From assembly GCA_038245295.1 (NCBI GenBank), contig JBBRSP010000006.1:1-64000 (forward strand): 64,000 nt of DNA. The letters run 5' to 3'. Positions 29,862 to 39,738 of this stretch are shown here, piece by piece; the first letter of the stretch is position 1, and the number at the start of each line of letters is the position of its first letter. The position numbers and the translations under genes are program-made. The notes below the pieces were generated by a model that saw only the letters and a program-made list of their open reading frames with translations, had not been told where the DNA came from and searched no databases. This DNA is from Candidatus Binatia bacterium. GTDB lineage: Bacteria > Desulfobacterota > Binatia > HRBIN30.

Positions 29862-31250
29862 TTAGTTGGATTCAACGCAGACGAAGAACGACGGATCGAG
29901 GCACGACTCGAACGTCCCGTCGAACGACTGATCGTCGTTGAGATCGATTGACACGCCCTGATTCGCATAAGCCAACAAGTCGCTGGCCGCGTCGTGATTG
30001 ACCAGAATGCCGCCGGCGACGGGGCAAACAGCGGCGTCGGAGAATGCCATTGGTTGCTGCGTTCGGTACGAAATGGAACTGCCCAGGCAAGGCGACTCGA
30101 CACTTCCTTCGATCGACACAAGATCCTGGCCCGTCGACGAATCGCCGTTGAGGTCAGTCTCGGCAAACGAGGCGACAAACGACGCACCTTGCGTGGCGAT
30201 CTCGATATCACCGTTTACACTCATGTGGTATTTCACGGGGGAGCAGGCATCGCTGTATTGACTCACCTCAAGGAGGATACTGCTGCCATCGTCGAACGTC
30301 GTATTGACATCCGGCACCTGGGTATCGCCGACGGTCGCCGTGACGACGACCTTGCCGGCCAACTCCAAACCGATCGAGTCCGCCTTGCAGGCACACGGTT
30401 CGTTGGCGCAGGCGAATGTCGTTACGGCGCTGAAGCCGGTGAACTCCGCACGAACGCTGCCGCGCCCACCCGTCGCGTCGATCGTCAACTCATCGATGCC
30501 GAGCGTAACGACATCCGGCAGCGACGTGCATCCATCGCCGTTCTGGCCTTGAAGCGTCATCAGGCCGTCGAACTTGAGGTTCCCGCCCGTATCGGCGGTA
30601 GTCACACATTGATCCAGCAGAATCGTAAACGTCGGCGGGCCGAAACGCGGCGGCACGCCGCCGAGCGCCGGACGGTCGCATGAGATCGTCCCGCCGCCGC
30701 TTCCGGGGCACTGGAACGTGCGTTCGACCTCGGCGGTCGTGCTGCGCGGCGCCAGCGATTGGTTGAGATTCGTAAGGACCGACATCAACTTCGGAATGCT
30801 GCGAAACACGCTCGTGAGTGTATCCAATAGACCCGCGGCGCGATGCGCTACGGTGACGGCTACGGGTATCGTTGCGGTTGGCAGCTGACTTGGCGTCGCC
30901 GTCGCGGATGCTGTGGCCGACGGCAGGAGAATGGCCTCCGTCGGCGAAGGCGTCGGGGTCGCCAGTGCCATTGTCGTCGTAGGTGTAGGCGTGTCGGATA
31001 CGGGACAACTATTCAGGGCATTGTTGACGGCGCGGATCAGCTCATCGATCGTGATCTCGCCATCACCATTGGCATCGAGCGGCCGGCACACCTCGATGCT
31101 GGCGCCAAGCGCCACCGCAACGCCTTTGATGATCTCATCGATCGTGACGTCGCCGTCGCCGTTGCAGTCGCCCACGCAAGCGGCGCCGCTGCGGCCCGTC
31201 AATGTGGCGATGAACAGCAGAACACACAGACCAATTGCCGCTAAACGCAT
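29862..31250 (-). CDS. Secreted protein with dockerin/EF-hand-like N-domain and Pro/Thr linker
   Basis: Signal peptide; CVGDCNGDGDVTIDE..LDANGDGEITIDEL..NNALNSC; Cys-rich beta-type C-domain. Confidence 0.82.
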   Translation of the reverse strand: MRLAAIGLCVLLFIATLTGRSGAACVGDCNGDGDVTIDEIIKGVAVALGASIEVCRPLDANGDGEITIDELIRAVNNALNSCPVSDTPTPTTTMALATPTPSPTEAILLPSATASATATPSQLPTATIPVAVTVAHRAAGLLDTLTSVFRSIPKLMSVLTNLNQSLAPRSTTAEVERTFQCPGSGGGTISCDRPALGGVPPRFGPPTFTILLDQCVTTADTGGNLKFDGLMTLQGQNGDGCTSLPDVVTLGIDELTIDATGGRGSVRAEFTGFSAVTTFACANEPCACKADSIGLELAGKVVVTATVGDTQVPDVNTTFDDGSSILLEVSQYSDACSPVKYHMSVNGDIEIATQGASFVASFAETDLNGDSSTGQDLVSIEGSVESPCLGSSISYRTQQPMAFSDAAVCPVAGGILVNHDAASDLLAYANQGVSIDLNDDQSFDGTFESCLDPSFFVCVESN

Positions 31251-31317
31251 CGCCGTGCCCTCCAGAGACGGACCATACTCCGAAGGCGCACTCTCGGGCC
31301 AGACCAGAAGATTCAGC

Positions 31318-32628
31318 TCAAGGCAGCTTCTGTACCGGTACCTTCACTTCGTTCGGCAGCGGTGATGTGGCATCGATGGTCGCAATGCTGTTGCACAACG
31401 CGTCGGCAGGATCGGCGCCCGGACCGGCTGAAGCCCCCCAGAAGTTACTCTGAGCAAAGACACTGCCGCCGGCAGCGATCTTGGCGACGCCGCAGTTCGT
31501 GCCGCTCGCGTAGTCGTTCCCGTAAATGCTGCTTTTGGTAATCGACGCGAAGCCACCGCCGCTGACCCGCAGGCCGGCAAAGCGGTTACCAATGCTGGCG
31601 GAGTTGGTGATGACCACCATGTTCATGGCGTCCGACATTCCGGTGCAGTCGATGCCAAAGCCGCCGTTGCCGCTGGCGCTGTTCTTGGTAAACGTCACAC
31701 CCGTCGGAACGGCAAACGGGAAATTGAAGCCGCTGCCGACGTTCGCATCGGCGAGATTACCACTCAGGACGTGGCTGCTGCCGGCAGCAATATTGAAACC
31801 GATTCCGTTGTTCAGGCGGGCGACGTTGTCGAGCAACTGCAGGCCGGTGCAGGTGCCGCTGCAGACGAAGCCGTCGCCCGCAAGCTGGGCGCTCGATATG
31901 TTGCGCCGCACCAGATGCCCGCTCCCTTGCAGAAGGAAGCCGGCGCCGCTGGCACGCGAGAACTGGTTGCGATCGATCGTGATCGACGCCGACGTTGCCG
32001 TCGTCGCCAACCCGGCGCCCTCGCCGACGTTGTCCTTAAAAATGTGCCCTGAGCCACCGAGAGAAAGTGTGCCCTGACCGAAGACGTTGTTGCTGATCTT
32101 GTGCGTCACACCGTCGATCGTCGTCAGGGTGGTGTGCGTGTGCACGACGTTGCCGGCAATCGATGCTGCGGTCACGGCAGCGTCCACATTCAATCCCGTG
32201 CTGTTCATCGCCCCGCCGCGGACGGCAAAGCCCTTGCGCTTCTTACCGAAGGTTACACCCGATGCCTCAATCGATACGGCTACCGAATTGGCGATGGACC
32301 CGTTCTCGATACTTGTGGCGCCGGCGCCATTACGCGACACTAGGCTGATCGCCTTGTTGATGACGATGATCTTGCCGATCACACCGGAGTTCTCCTCGCC
32401 CGGATCCGTCAGGTCGCCGTCTTGATTCAGATCACCGTAGCGACCCGAGTCGACCAGCACGGTGTCGCCTGCCGAGGCATTGGTGATTGCCTGGGAGATG
32501 GTACGACACGGCGCCGACGCCGCACCGCAAGCGCCACTATCGCTGCCGAGCATCGACACGTTGATACCACCGGCATAGACCGCGCACGGCAGCAGACCCA
32601 CGAGTACCGATAGAATCACACTTCGCAT
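31318..32628 (-). CDS. Secreted right-handed parallel beta-helix protein
   Basis: From MRSVILS; PCRTISQAI, GDTV; repeated N...N.G.GF turns; NFWG..GP. Confidence 0.88.
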   Translation of the reverse strand: MRSVILSVLVGLLPCAVYAGGINVSMLGSDSGACGAASAPCRTISQAITNASAGDTVLVDSGRYGDLNQDGDLTDPGEENSGVIGKIIVINKAISLVSRNGAGATSIENGSIANSVAVSIEASGVTFGKKRKGFAVRGGAMNSTGLNVDAAVTAASIAGNVVHTHTTLTTIDGVTHKISNNVFGQGTLSLGGSGHIFKDNVGEGAGLATTATSASITIDRNQFSRASGAGFLLQGSGHLVRRNISSAQLAGDGFVCSGTCTGLQLLDNVARLNNGIGFNIAAGSSHVLSGNLADANVGSGFNFPFAVPTGVTFTKNSASGNGGFGIDCTGMSDAMNMVVITNSASIGNRFAGLRVSGGGFASITKSSIYGNDYASGTNCGVAKIAAGGSVFAQSNFWGASAGPGADPADALCNSIATIDATSPLPNEVKVPVQKLP

Positions 32629-32778
32629 TTTCGAGACGCCTCCGCTGACAAGAATAGGTCCGAGTAGATAGGGACTGAAGCGGACACCTGTCAAACCCGT
32701 TTCGGTGGATTGAGAGATTTGCGGGTGCATCATCTTCGGGCGGATTGACCCGAAAATGGCAACGCGGAGGATGCGGCC

Positions 32779-33978
32779 ATGGCGAACTTCGAGTTTAACC
32801 CCTTCGACGACGCAACCCGGCGCAACCCCTTCGCCCTCTATGCGGAAGCACGGCGCGAGCATCCGGTGTATCCGCATGCCGGATTGCCGATCACGTCGGT
32901 CTTTCGATACGCCGACGTGCAGGCGATCTTGAAGGATGCGGCGACCTGGTCGAGCCGATTCCCACCGCCACCCGGCGTCGACCCAGCCGACATGCCTGAG
33001 CCGAGCATGCTTGGTCAGGACCCGCCACAACACGACCGCCTGCGTTCGTTGGTTAACCAAGCGTTCACGCCGCGTATCGTCAAACGCCTCGAACCACGGA
33101 TGATCGAGATCGCCGACGAGCTCATGGACGCGGCGCTCGAGGCGGGTGAGGTCGATTTCGTCCAAGCCCTCACCTACCCGCTGCCGGTCATCGTCATTGC
33201 CGAGATCATCGGCGTGCCGGCCAGCGATCGCGCCCAGTTCAAGGAATGGTCGGATCGCACTGTTGCCAATCTCGGCACCGGCCTGTTCGTTCCGCCGTCC
33301 GCCGATCACATGCGGGAGCTCGGCAAGCTGCTGAAGACGATGGAGGACTACTTCGCCGGGCTCGCCGAGGAGAGGCGTCGCGAGCCGAAGGAGGATCTCC
33401 TCACCGGCCTGGTGCAGGCCACCCACGAGGGCTCGAAGATGACGCCCGAGGAGATGGTGCGGATGCTCGTGCTTCTCCTTGTGGCCGGCAACGAGACAAC
33501 GACCACGCTGATTGGGAACACCGTCCTCGAATTACTGGCGCACCCCGAGGCAACCGCAGAGTTGCGCCGCGACGCAAGCCTGATACCCGCGGCTGTCGAG
33601 GAGGTCTTACGCTTCTCGTCGCCGGTGCAGCTCGATCCACGGCGCGCCACGCGCGACATCGAGTTGCACGGCCACACCGTGAAGGAGAATCAACTGGTCG
33701 TCTGCTGGATCGGCTCGGCGAACCACGACGAAGAGATGTTCGAGGCGCCGGAAACGTTCAACATCCACCGCGAAGACAACCGCCACTTGGCCTTCGGCTT
33801 TGGCCCGCACTACTGCATTGGGTCGAACCTGGCACGCATCGAAACCCAGGTCGCGCTACGCGCCTTGTTGGCGAAGACGAAGTCCTTTGGCCGCACCAAC
33901 AGTGAGCCGTTGCCGTTGCATCAGAGCATCGTCTTTCGTGGCTATACATCGTTGCCGCTGCGGCTGCAGGCAGCCTAA
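32779..33978 (+). CDS. Cytochrome P450
   Basis: DPPQH.RLR, AGNETT, EEVLR, HLAFGFGPHYCIG. Confidence 0.97.
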   Translation: MANFEFNPFDDATRRNPFALYAEARREHPVYPHAGLPITSVFRYADVQAILKDAATWSSRFPPPPGVDPADMPEPSMLGQDPPQHDRLRSLVNQAFTPRIVKRLEPRMIEIADELMDAALEAGEVDFVQALTYPLPVIVIAEIIGVPASDRAQFKEWSDRTVANLGTGLFVPPSADHMRELGKLLKTMEDYFAGLAEERRREPKEDLLTGLVQATHEGSKMTPEEMVRMLVLLLVAGNETTTTLIGNTVLELLAHPEATAELRRDASLIPAAVEEVLRFSSPVQLDPRRATRDIELHGHTVKENQLVVCWIGSANHDEEMFEAPETFNIHREDNRHLAFGFGPHYCIGSNLARIETQVALRALLAKTKSFGRTNSEPLPLHQSIVFRGYTSLPLRLQAA

Positions 33979-34850
33979 AGGAGCGCCGCCGCAAGGTCCT
34001 TCCACTCGCGCATCGGGATGTAGGTCGGGTCGGCCGAGAGCACCTGGAGGCAGACGTGATCGGCGCCGGCGGCGTGGTGGGCGCGCACGCGTTTAACGAC
34101 CGCATCGACATTGCCCCAGGCGACGATGGCATCGACGAGTTTGTCGTTGCCACCGTCGGCGATGTCGGCGTCGGTGAAGCCGAGGCGTTTCAGATTGTTG
34201 GTGTAGTTCGGCAGCCCCAAATAGGTGGCCATGTGGGCGCGCGCGATACTGCGCGCCGTCGACGGATCGGTTTCGAGCACGACGGCTTGCTCCGGTGCCA
34301 GGATCGGGCCCTGGCCCATGATCTCGCGCGCCACCGCCGTGTGCTCCGGTGGAACGAAATACGGATGCGAGCCGGCGGCGCGCTCGGCCGCCAGTTTCAA
34401 CATCTTCGGCGCCAGCGCGGCGATGACGCGCTGCGGGTTCTCCGACGGCGGGTAGGCCATGAACGGCGCCGAATCCATCGCGTCGAGATAGGAACGCATC
34501 GCGCTAAGCGGCTTGTCATAGGCATGGCCACGCATGCCGACCATCGGCGCGTGGCTGACCCCGATACCGAGCAGGAAGCGATTGTCGTAGGCGGAGCATA
34601 ACGTCTTCTGAGCGGCGGCCATGCTCATCGCGTCGCGGCCCCATATGTTGGCGATGCCTGTGGCCACGGTCATCTTCTTGGTCGCCGCCAGCAGCAGGCC
34701 GGCACTGGTGCAAGCCTCGCGGCCGATAGCCTCGGGGATCCACAAGGCACCGAAGCCGAGCTCCTCGATCTGGGCGGCTGTTTCCTGGGCGACCGCCACG
34801 GGATGCAGATCCAAAACGAAGGTCCAGATTCCTACTTTGCCGATGTTCAT
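33975..34850 (-). CDS. LLM class F420-dependent oxidoreductase (MSMEG_4141-like)
   Basis: ATGIANIW, LGIGVSH, AALAPKML, HPYFVPPEHT, AGADHV. Confidence 0.9.
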   Translation of the reverse strand: MNIGKVGIWTFVLDLHPVAVAQETAAQIEELGFGALWIPEAIGREACTSAGLLLAATKKMTVATGIANIWGRDAMSMAAAQKTLCSAYDNRFLLGIGVSHAPMVGMRGHAYDKPLSAMRSYLDAMDSAPFMAYPPSENPQRVIAALAPKMLKLAAERAAGSHPYFVPPEHTAVAREIMGQGPILAPEQAVVLETDPSTARSIARAHMATYLGLPNYTNNLKRLGFTDADIADGGNDKLVDAIVAWGNVDAVVKRVRAHHAAGADHVCLQVLSADPTYIPMREWKDLAAALL

Positions 34851-34918
34851 GGTCTTTCTCCCTTTGGTGGAGCGTTTCGTTGATGGAACCTATAGGACGC
34901 ATAGGACCTGTGGGGCAT

Positions 34919-35341
<423 letters not shown>

Positions 35342-35463
35342 GCCGGTGCCTATATGCTGGAGCGAGTCTTTCCACCAGCGGGGTTGCGGCTCGTCGCCCC
35401 CTGCGAACGACCAGCCCCGGGAGGTCGGCGTTTCCTCTCGCCGCGTGCTAAACGGCCACCGGC

Positions 35464-37017
35464 ATGAAGTTTCCCACGGCCAATGACATTGAAGAGTGTG
35501 TACACGTGCTCGAGGCGCTGGTGGAAGCCCGCGGCGAGTTGGCGCAGGTGGACCAGGCAGTTCGCCAGCGGCTGATGTTGGCGGCCGGCCGCGTTTCACT
35601 GCCGGTGCGAACCGAGCTACGCCTGCTGACGCGAGCGTTGCGTCGAAAAACCAAACGAGAGCGCAAGGAGCAGGACCAAACGCAACTGGAGCGCACCGGC
35701 ATTCGGCGCCTGCGCCGAGAACCCGTGTTCATCACGCCCGAGCCGAGTGCCTTGCTGGAATCGACCGGTGGTGTCTTTGAGTCGAGCACCGCCGCGCCGT
35801 CCCTCAACGGGGAAAGCGCGGAGCCGCGCCAACCGCTCAACGACCCGCGCAACTGTTACGTGTGCAAAGTCTCGTGCCCTTACGTGCACTCATTCTACGA
35901 CCAGATGTGCCAAGCCTGTGGCGACTTCAACTTCGCCAAACGCTCGCAGACGGCGAACCTCGACGGGCGAACGGCCTACATCAGTGGGGCGCGGGTGAAG
36001 ATCGGCTACCAGGCCGCGATGCTATTGTTGCGCGCGGGGGCGCGGGTGATCGTCAGCACGCGTTTTCCACGCGATGCGGCGCTGCGCTTTAGCCGCGAGG
36101 TCGACTACGACGCCTTCAAGAGTCGCCTGCAGATCTATGGCCTCGACTTGCGCCACACACCCAGCGTCGAAGCCTTCGCACGCCACTTGCTCGACACCGA
36201 GGACCGCCTCGACTTCGTGATTCACAACGCCTGTCAGACGGTACGTCGACCCAGCGGTTTCTACGAGCACCTGATGCAAAACGAGCTAGGCCCGCTGCAC
36301 GCGTTGCCGGAGGCCGCTCAGCCGTTGCTTCGCGACTACGAGATCCTGCGCACGCACGGATTGCGTCAACTGAGCGCGAATGGCAACGCGGCGCCGGCGC
36401 TTGCCGTCGGCCTGCTCGGGGCGTCGGCGCTGTCGCAGGTCGCGCTCGACACCTCCGATTTGCAAAAGGGCCAACAACTCTTTCCGGCGGGCCAGCTCGA
36501 CGCCGACTTGCAGCAGGTGGACCTGCGCACGATCAACAGCTGGCGCCTGCCGCTGGATCAGGTCGGCACGGTCGAGTTGCTGGAAGTGCAACTGGTCAAC
36601 GCAATCGCGCCGTTCGTGCTCAACGCACGTCTCAAGCCGCTGATGCTGCGTGAGCGCACCTGGGACAAACACATCGTCAACGTCTCGGCCATGGAAGGCC
36701 AGTTCTACCGGCGCTTCAAGACCGACAAGCACCCGCACACCAACATGGCCAAGGCGGCGCTCAACATGATGACACGCACGTCGGCTCCCGATTACGTCAA
36801 GGATGGCATCTTCATGAACAGCGTCGACACCGGCTGGGTGACCGATGAAGACCCAGCCCACATCTCCGAGAGGAAGACTCAGGAGCACGGCTTCCAACCG
36901 CCGCTCGACATCGTCGACGGTGCGGCGCGGATCGTCGACCCGATCTTCGATGGAATCAACACGGGTAACCACGTCTGGGGCCAGTTCCTCAAGGACTACA
37001 AACCAACGTCGTGGTGA
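35464..37017 (+). CDS. Extended SDR-family oxidoreductase with CxxC..CxxC domain
   Basis: [39 protein letters not shown]. Confidence 0.88.
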   Translation: MKFPTANDIEECVHVLEALVEARGELAQVDQAVRQRLMLAAGRVSLPVRTELRLLTRALRRKTKRERKEQDQTQLERTGIRRLRREPVFITPEPSALLESTGGVFESSTAAPSLNGESAEPRQPLNDPRNCYVCKVSCPYVHSFYDQMCQACGDFNFAKRSQTANLDGRTAYISGARVKIGYQAAMLLLRAGARVIVSTRFPRDAALRFSREVDYDAFKSRLQIYGLDLRHTPSVEAFARHLLDTEDRLDFVIHNACQTVRRPSGFYEHLMQNELGPLHALPEAAQPLLRDYEILRTHGLRQLSANGNAAPALAVGLLGASALSQVALDTSDLQKGQQLFPAGQLDADLQQVDLRTINSWRLPLDQVGTVELLEVQLVNAIAPFVLNARLKPLMLRERTWDKHIVNVSAMEGQFYRRFKTDKHPHTNMAKAALNMMTRTSAPDYVKDGIFMNSVDTGWVTDEDPAHISERKTQEHGFQPPLDIVDGAARIVDPIFDGINTGNHVWGQFLKDYKPTSW

Positions 37018-37060
37018 AGACGCCCGCGGTGCCGCGAGCCGGAATCGCGAACTGCCGCGA

Positions 37061-38731
37061 TCATCTTTCGGTCGTGGCAAGTAGTCGGCGGGCCTCTTTG
37101 TCTTCGGGGAGATCGTCGAGAATCTTCAGCAGGATCAGCTTCGCCTCGGCCGCCCGGTTGAGTTGGATGAGCATCGACGCCCGTCCGAGTTTCGCCGGCA
37201 GGTAGTCAGGCGACAGCCTCACCGCCTCGTCGTAAGCATCCAACGCGGCGGCGCTGTCACCGAAACGCTGCCACGCCTGTCCATGCCGTAGGTTTTCGAG
37301 GGCAACGTATTGAGCGCGCGCCCACGTAGGAAGAAGCGATTCGCGCCAAGGATGCAGGCGAACGCCGACGGCGCACAGCGCGAACACGGCGACGGCAACG
37401 ACGAGCCGAACTCGGCCTACGGGCGCTTCGCCGCGCACGATTGACCTGACCGCTTCCGCAAACCGGGCGATCGCGCTTCCGGCAAACGGCACCAGGAGAG
37501 GAGCGAGCGGAAATCGGTAACGATCACAGACGAAGAAGAGGACGACGCTCGCCGCATAGCCGGCGGCTAGCAAGAGTAGCGCCGGCTGCAAATGCCGATG
37601 CCAGGACACGAAGACAAGGCCCGTAAGCGCCAGAGGCAGCAACACGCCCCACCCGGGCAAGAGGAATCCGAGGGGGAATCGCGAACGATAGTACTCGTAG
37701 GATTGATGAATCGGCACCTCATATGGATCGACCAGCAGGCCGATCTTGTGCAGCGTCACACGGAGCGCATCGGCCGGCTCCTGCCGCATCCAGTCGAAAG
37801 CCCGCGAGGTCCAGTAGTCAGACACCTCCGAAGCGCGAAGCGGGCGCCCCAGCGCGACCTCGGCCACGTGCCGTGTGTTCTCGAAGTATTGCCCATCGAC
37901 GTCGGTCACAATACCGGAGGCCGGGGCCAGCCCAAACACACCGGTCGCTTCGGGGTTGTTGCCCAAAAACAGGTTGATTCCTCCCTGGCTGACGAGCAGG
38001 ACCGTGTCGCCGGCGACAAAGTAGTTTCGAGCCGTGACCGGCACGATGGCGGCGGCCGCCCCAATCGCAAAGGCAAGAGCGGGCTGCGCGGTGGCACGCC
38101 AGTCGGCGCCTGCGCGACGCTCCGCCGCCAGCAGCAACACCATCACGACGGGCAACAGCACCAAGACGTTGCCGCGTCCCCAAGCGGCCAAGCCGAACGC
38201 AACGCCGGCAATCAGCAGTCGGTAAACGCTGCGAGGGCGAACGGAGCCGACCTCGGTCGCGGTGACGGTCAGGTCAATCGCAACGAGCAGCAGGAAGGTC
38301 GATAGCGTCGGGTCATGCAGCATCGCCTCGAAGAACAGCCCGGGACCATAGAAGGCATACAAAGCGGCAGCGGCGAGAGCGGCGGACGGATCAAAGACCC
38401 GCCGGGTGATTCGCCAGACGAGCGCCACGCTGCCCAGACCCAAACCTGCCTGGAGCATGCGTGGCACCCACAAGATCTCTCCACCGGCCAAGCCGAAGCA
38501 CCCTGCCAGGTAGTAGGGATACAGCGGTCCGTAGAAAAACGGCTGGCGGCCGGCAAACCAGTCGCCCGCCAGAATCAGTCGGGTTAGACGGATGAATCCC
38601 TCGGAATTGCCGTAAGGGAGCCACCAAATTGGATCGGACGCGAGCCAGACTTGAAAGACCACCCGCAGCGCCACGCCGACGGCGAGCACGAGATACAGCC
38701 GTCGACGCGATCGTTCTACCGTCACGGGCAA
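37061..38731 (-). CDS. GT-C (ArnT/PMT family 39-like) glycosyltransferase with C-terminal TPR
   Basis: PLYPYYLA, multiple TMs, RNY, GINLFLGNNP, RYRFP, TPR-like tail; start uncertain. Confidence 0.85.
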   Translation of the reverse strand: MPVTVERSRRRLYLVLAVGVALRVVFQVWLASDPIWWLPYGNSEGFIRLTRLILAGDWFAGRQPFFYGPLYPYYLAGCFGLAGGEILWVPRMLQAGLGLGSVALVWRITRRVFDPSAALAAAALYAFYGPGLFFEAMLHDPTLSTFLLLVAIDLTVTATEVGSVRPRSVYRLLIAGVAFGLAAWGRGNVLVLLPVVMVLLLAAERRAGADWRATAQPALAFAIGAAAAIVPVTARNYFVAGDTVLLVSQGGINLFLGNNPEATGVFGLAPASGIVTDVDGQYFENTRHVAEVALGRPLRASEVSDYWTSRAFDWMRQEPADALRVTLHKIGLLVDPYEVPIHQSYEYYRSRFPLGFLLPGWGVLLPLALTGLVFVSWHRHLQPALLLLAAGYAASVVLFFVCDRYRFPLAPLLVPFAGSAIARFAEAVRSIVRGEAPVGRVRLVVAVAVFALCAVGVRLHPWRESLLPTWARAQYVALENLRHGQAWQRFGDSAAALDAYDEAVRLSPDYLPAKLGRASMLIQLNRAAEAKLILLKILDDLPEDKEARRLLATTER

Positions 38732-38819
38732 TCCATGGGCGCGCCGGCGCGGTCGCGTCGAATCGCCGGTCCATTCATTGGTGAACCAGGCCCTCGCATT
38801 GCGTATCGTCTCGCCATGG

Positions 38820-39247
38820 CGCGATTCGAGCTTCCAAGCGCGTCTGATACGAACTCTTCTCAGCGCTTACAAGAGAACCTTCGAGTTTATCCTCGCCTAT
38901 TCTCCCCGCCCAATTCTCCCGCGGAGAACACCAACACTTGAGGCGTGGCCTGCCGCACGTCATCGAATACGGCCGCAACCAATTTTGCTTGCGCATCGAG
39001 GTCGGCTCCGGCTAGTTTCGCCGCAGTGCAGTAGTGGGACCGAATGCGAGAGTCGGTACGGCGTCGCCTTGTCGACGCGATGAGCGAGCTGCTGTCGCCG
39101 CCGCTGCGCAGCTATGAGCATCGGATTCCGCGCGAAGTGCGTGAGCTGTGGACGACAGTCGAGAAGGAACACCCCTGGGTCATCACACCGCGCCACTTCG
39201 ATCTGTCGCCCTATTTCGACGTCCTCAAGTTCAACTCACATCCTTAG
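38820..39247 (+). pseudogene. Possible C-terminal remnant of a YiiX/YebB-like permuted NlpC/P60 protein
   Basis: ITPRHFDLSPYFDVLKFN resembles my recollection of the family C-terminus; upstream PILP lies in another frame. Confidence 0.4.
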
Positions 39248-39258
39248 GAGCAAAACAC

Positions 39259-39687
39259 ATGTCCGCGACAATCGAGCGCAACGTTGCCATGATCAAGCAA
39301 TTCTGGATTGACCTTTACTCACACGACTTCGCCAAGGTCGGCACCTATTTTACGGCCGACGCGGAGTACGACGACGTACCGATTCCCGCGGCCAAGGTGC
39401 ACGGACCGGCCGCGATCGTGCGCAAGCTCGAAATTGGCCTCGGCAAGGTGTTGCGACACCAACACCATCTCGAACGAATGGTGGCCGATGAAACGACGGT
39501 GGTCACCGAGCACGCCGAGGACTGGGTCTTCGCCGAAGATCACATCGTCACCCTGCCCTTCGTTTCGATCCAGGTGATCGAGGACGGCAAGATCAAGCTG
39601 TGGCGCGACTACAGCAACATGGACACGTTGCTGACCAACGCACCGCCGTGGTGGCTGGAACACATTGCAGCTGCCTGGGCGGCGTGA
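39259..39687 (+). CDS. Limonene-1,2-epoxide hydrolase-like / SnoaL-like protein
   Basis: AEYDDVP..HGP, VVTEHAEDW, GKIKLWRDY; AGGAG RBS. Confidence 0.85.
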   Translation: MSATIERNVAMIKQFWIDLYSHDFAKVGTYFTADAEYDDVPIPAAKVHGPAAIVRKLEIGLGKVLRHQHHLERMVADETTVVTEHAEDWVFAEDHIVTLPFVSIQVIEDGKIKLWRDYSNMDTLLTNAPPWWLEHIAAAWAA

Positions 39688-39738
39688 CGTCCGAAGAGAG
39701 TCGGTAGTTCGTGAAGGTGGACGGCCTTCGAGGCCCCG

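Noticed and set aside
32629..33426. N-extension of track ORF 31318..33426
   Set aside because: Antisense to the P450; the signal peptide begins at 32628.
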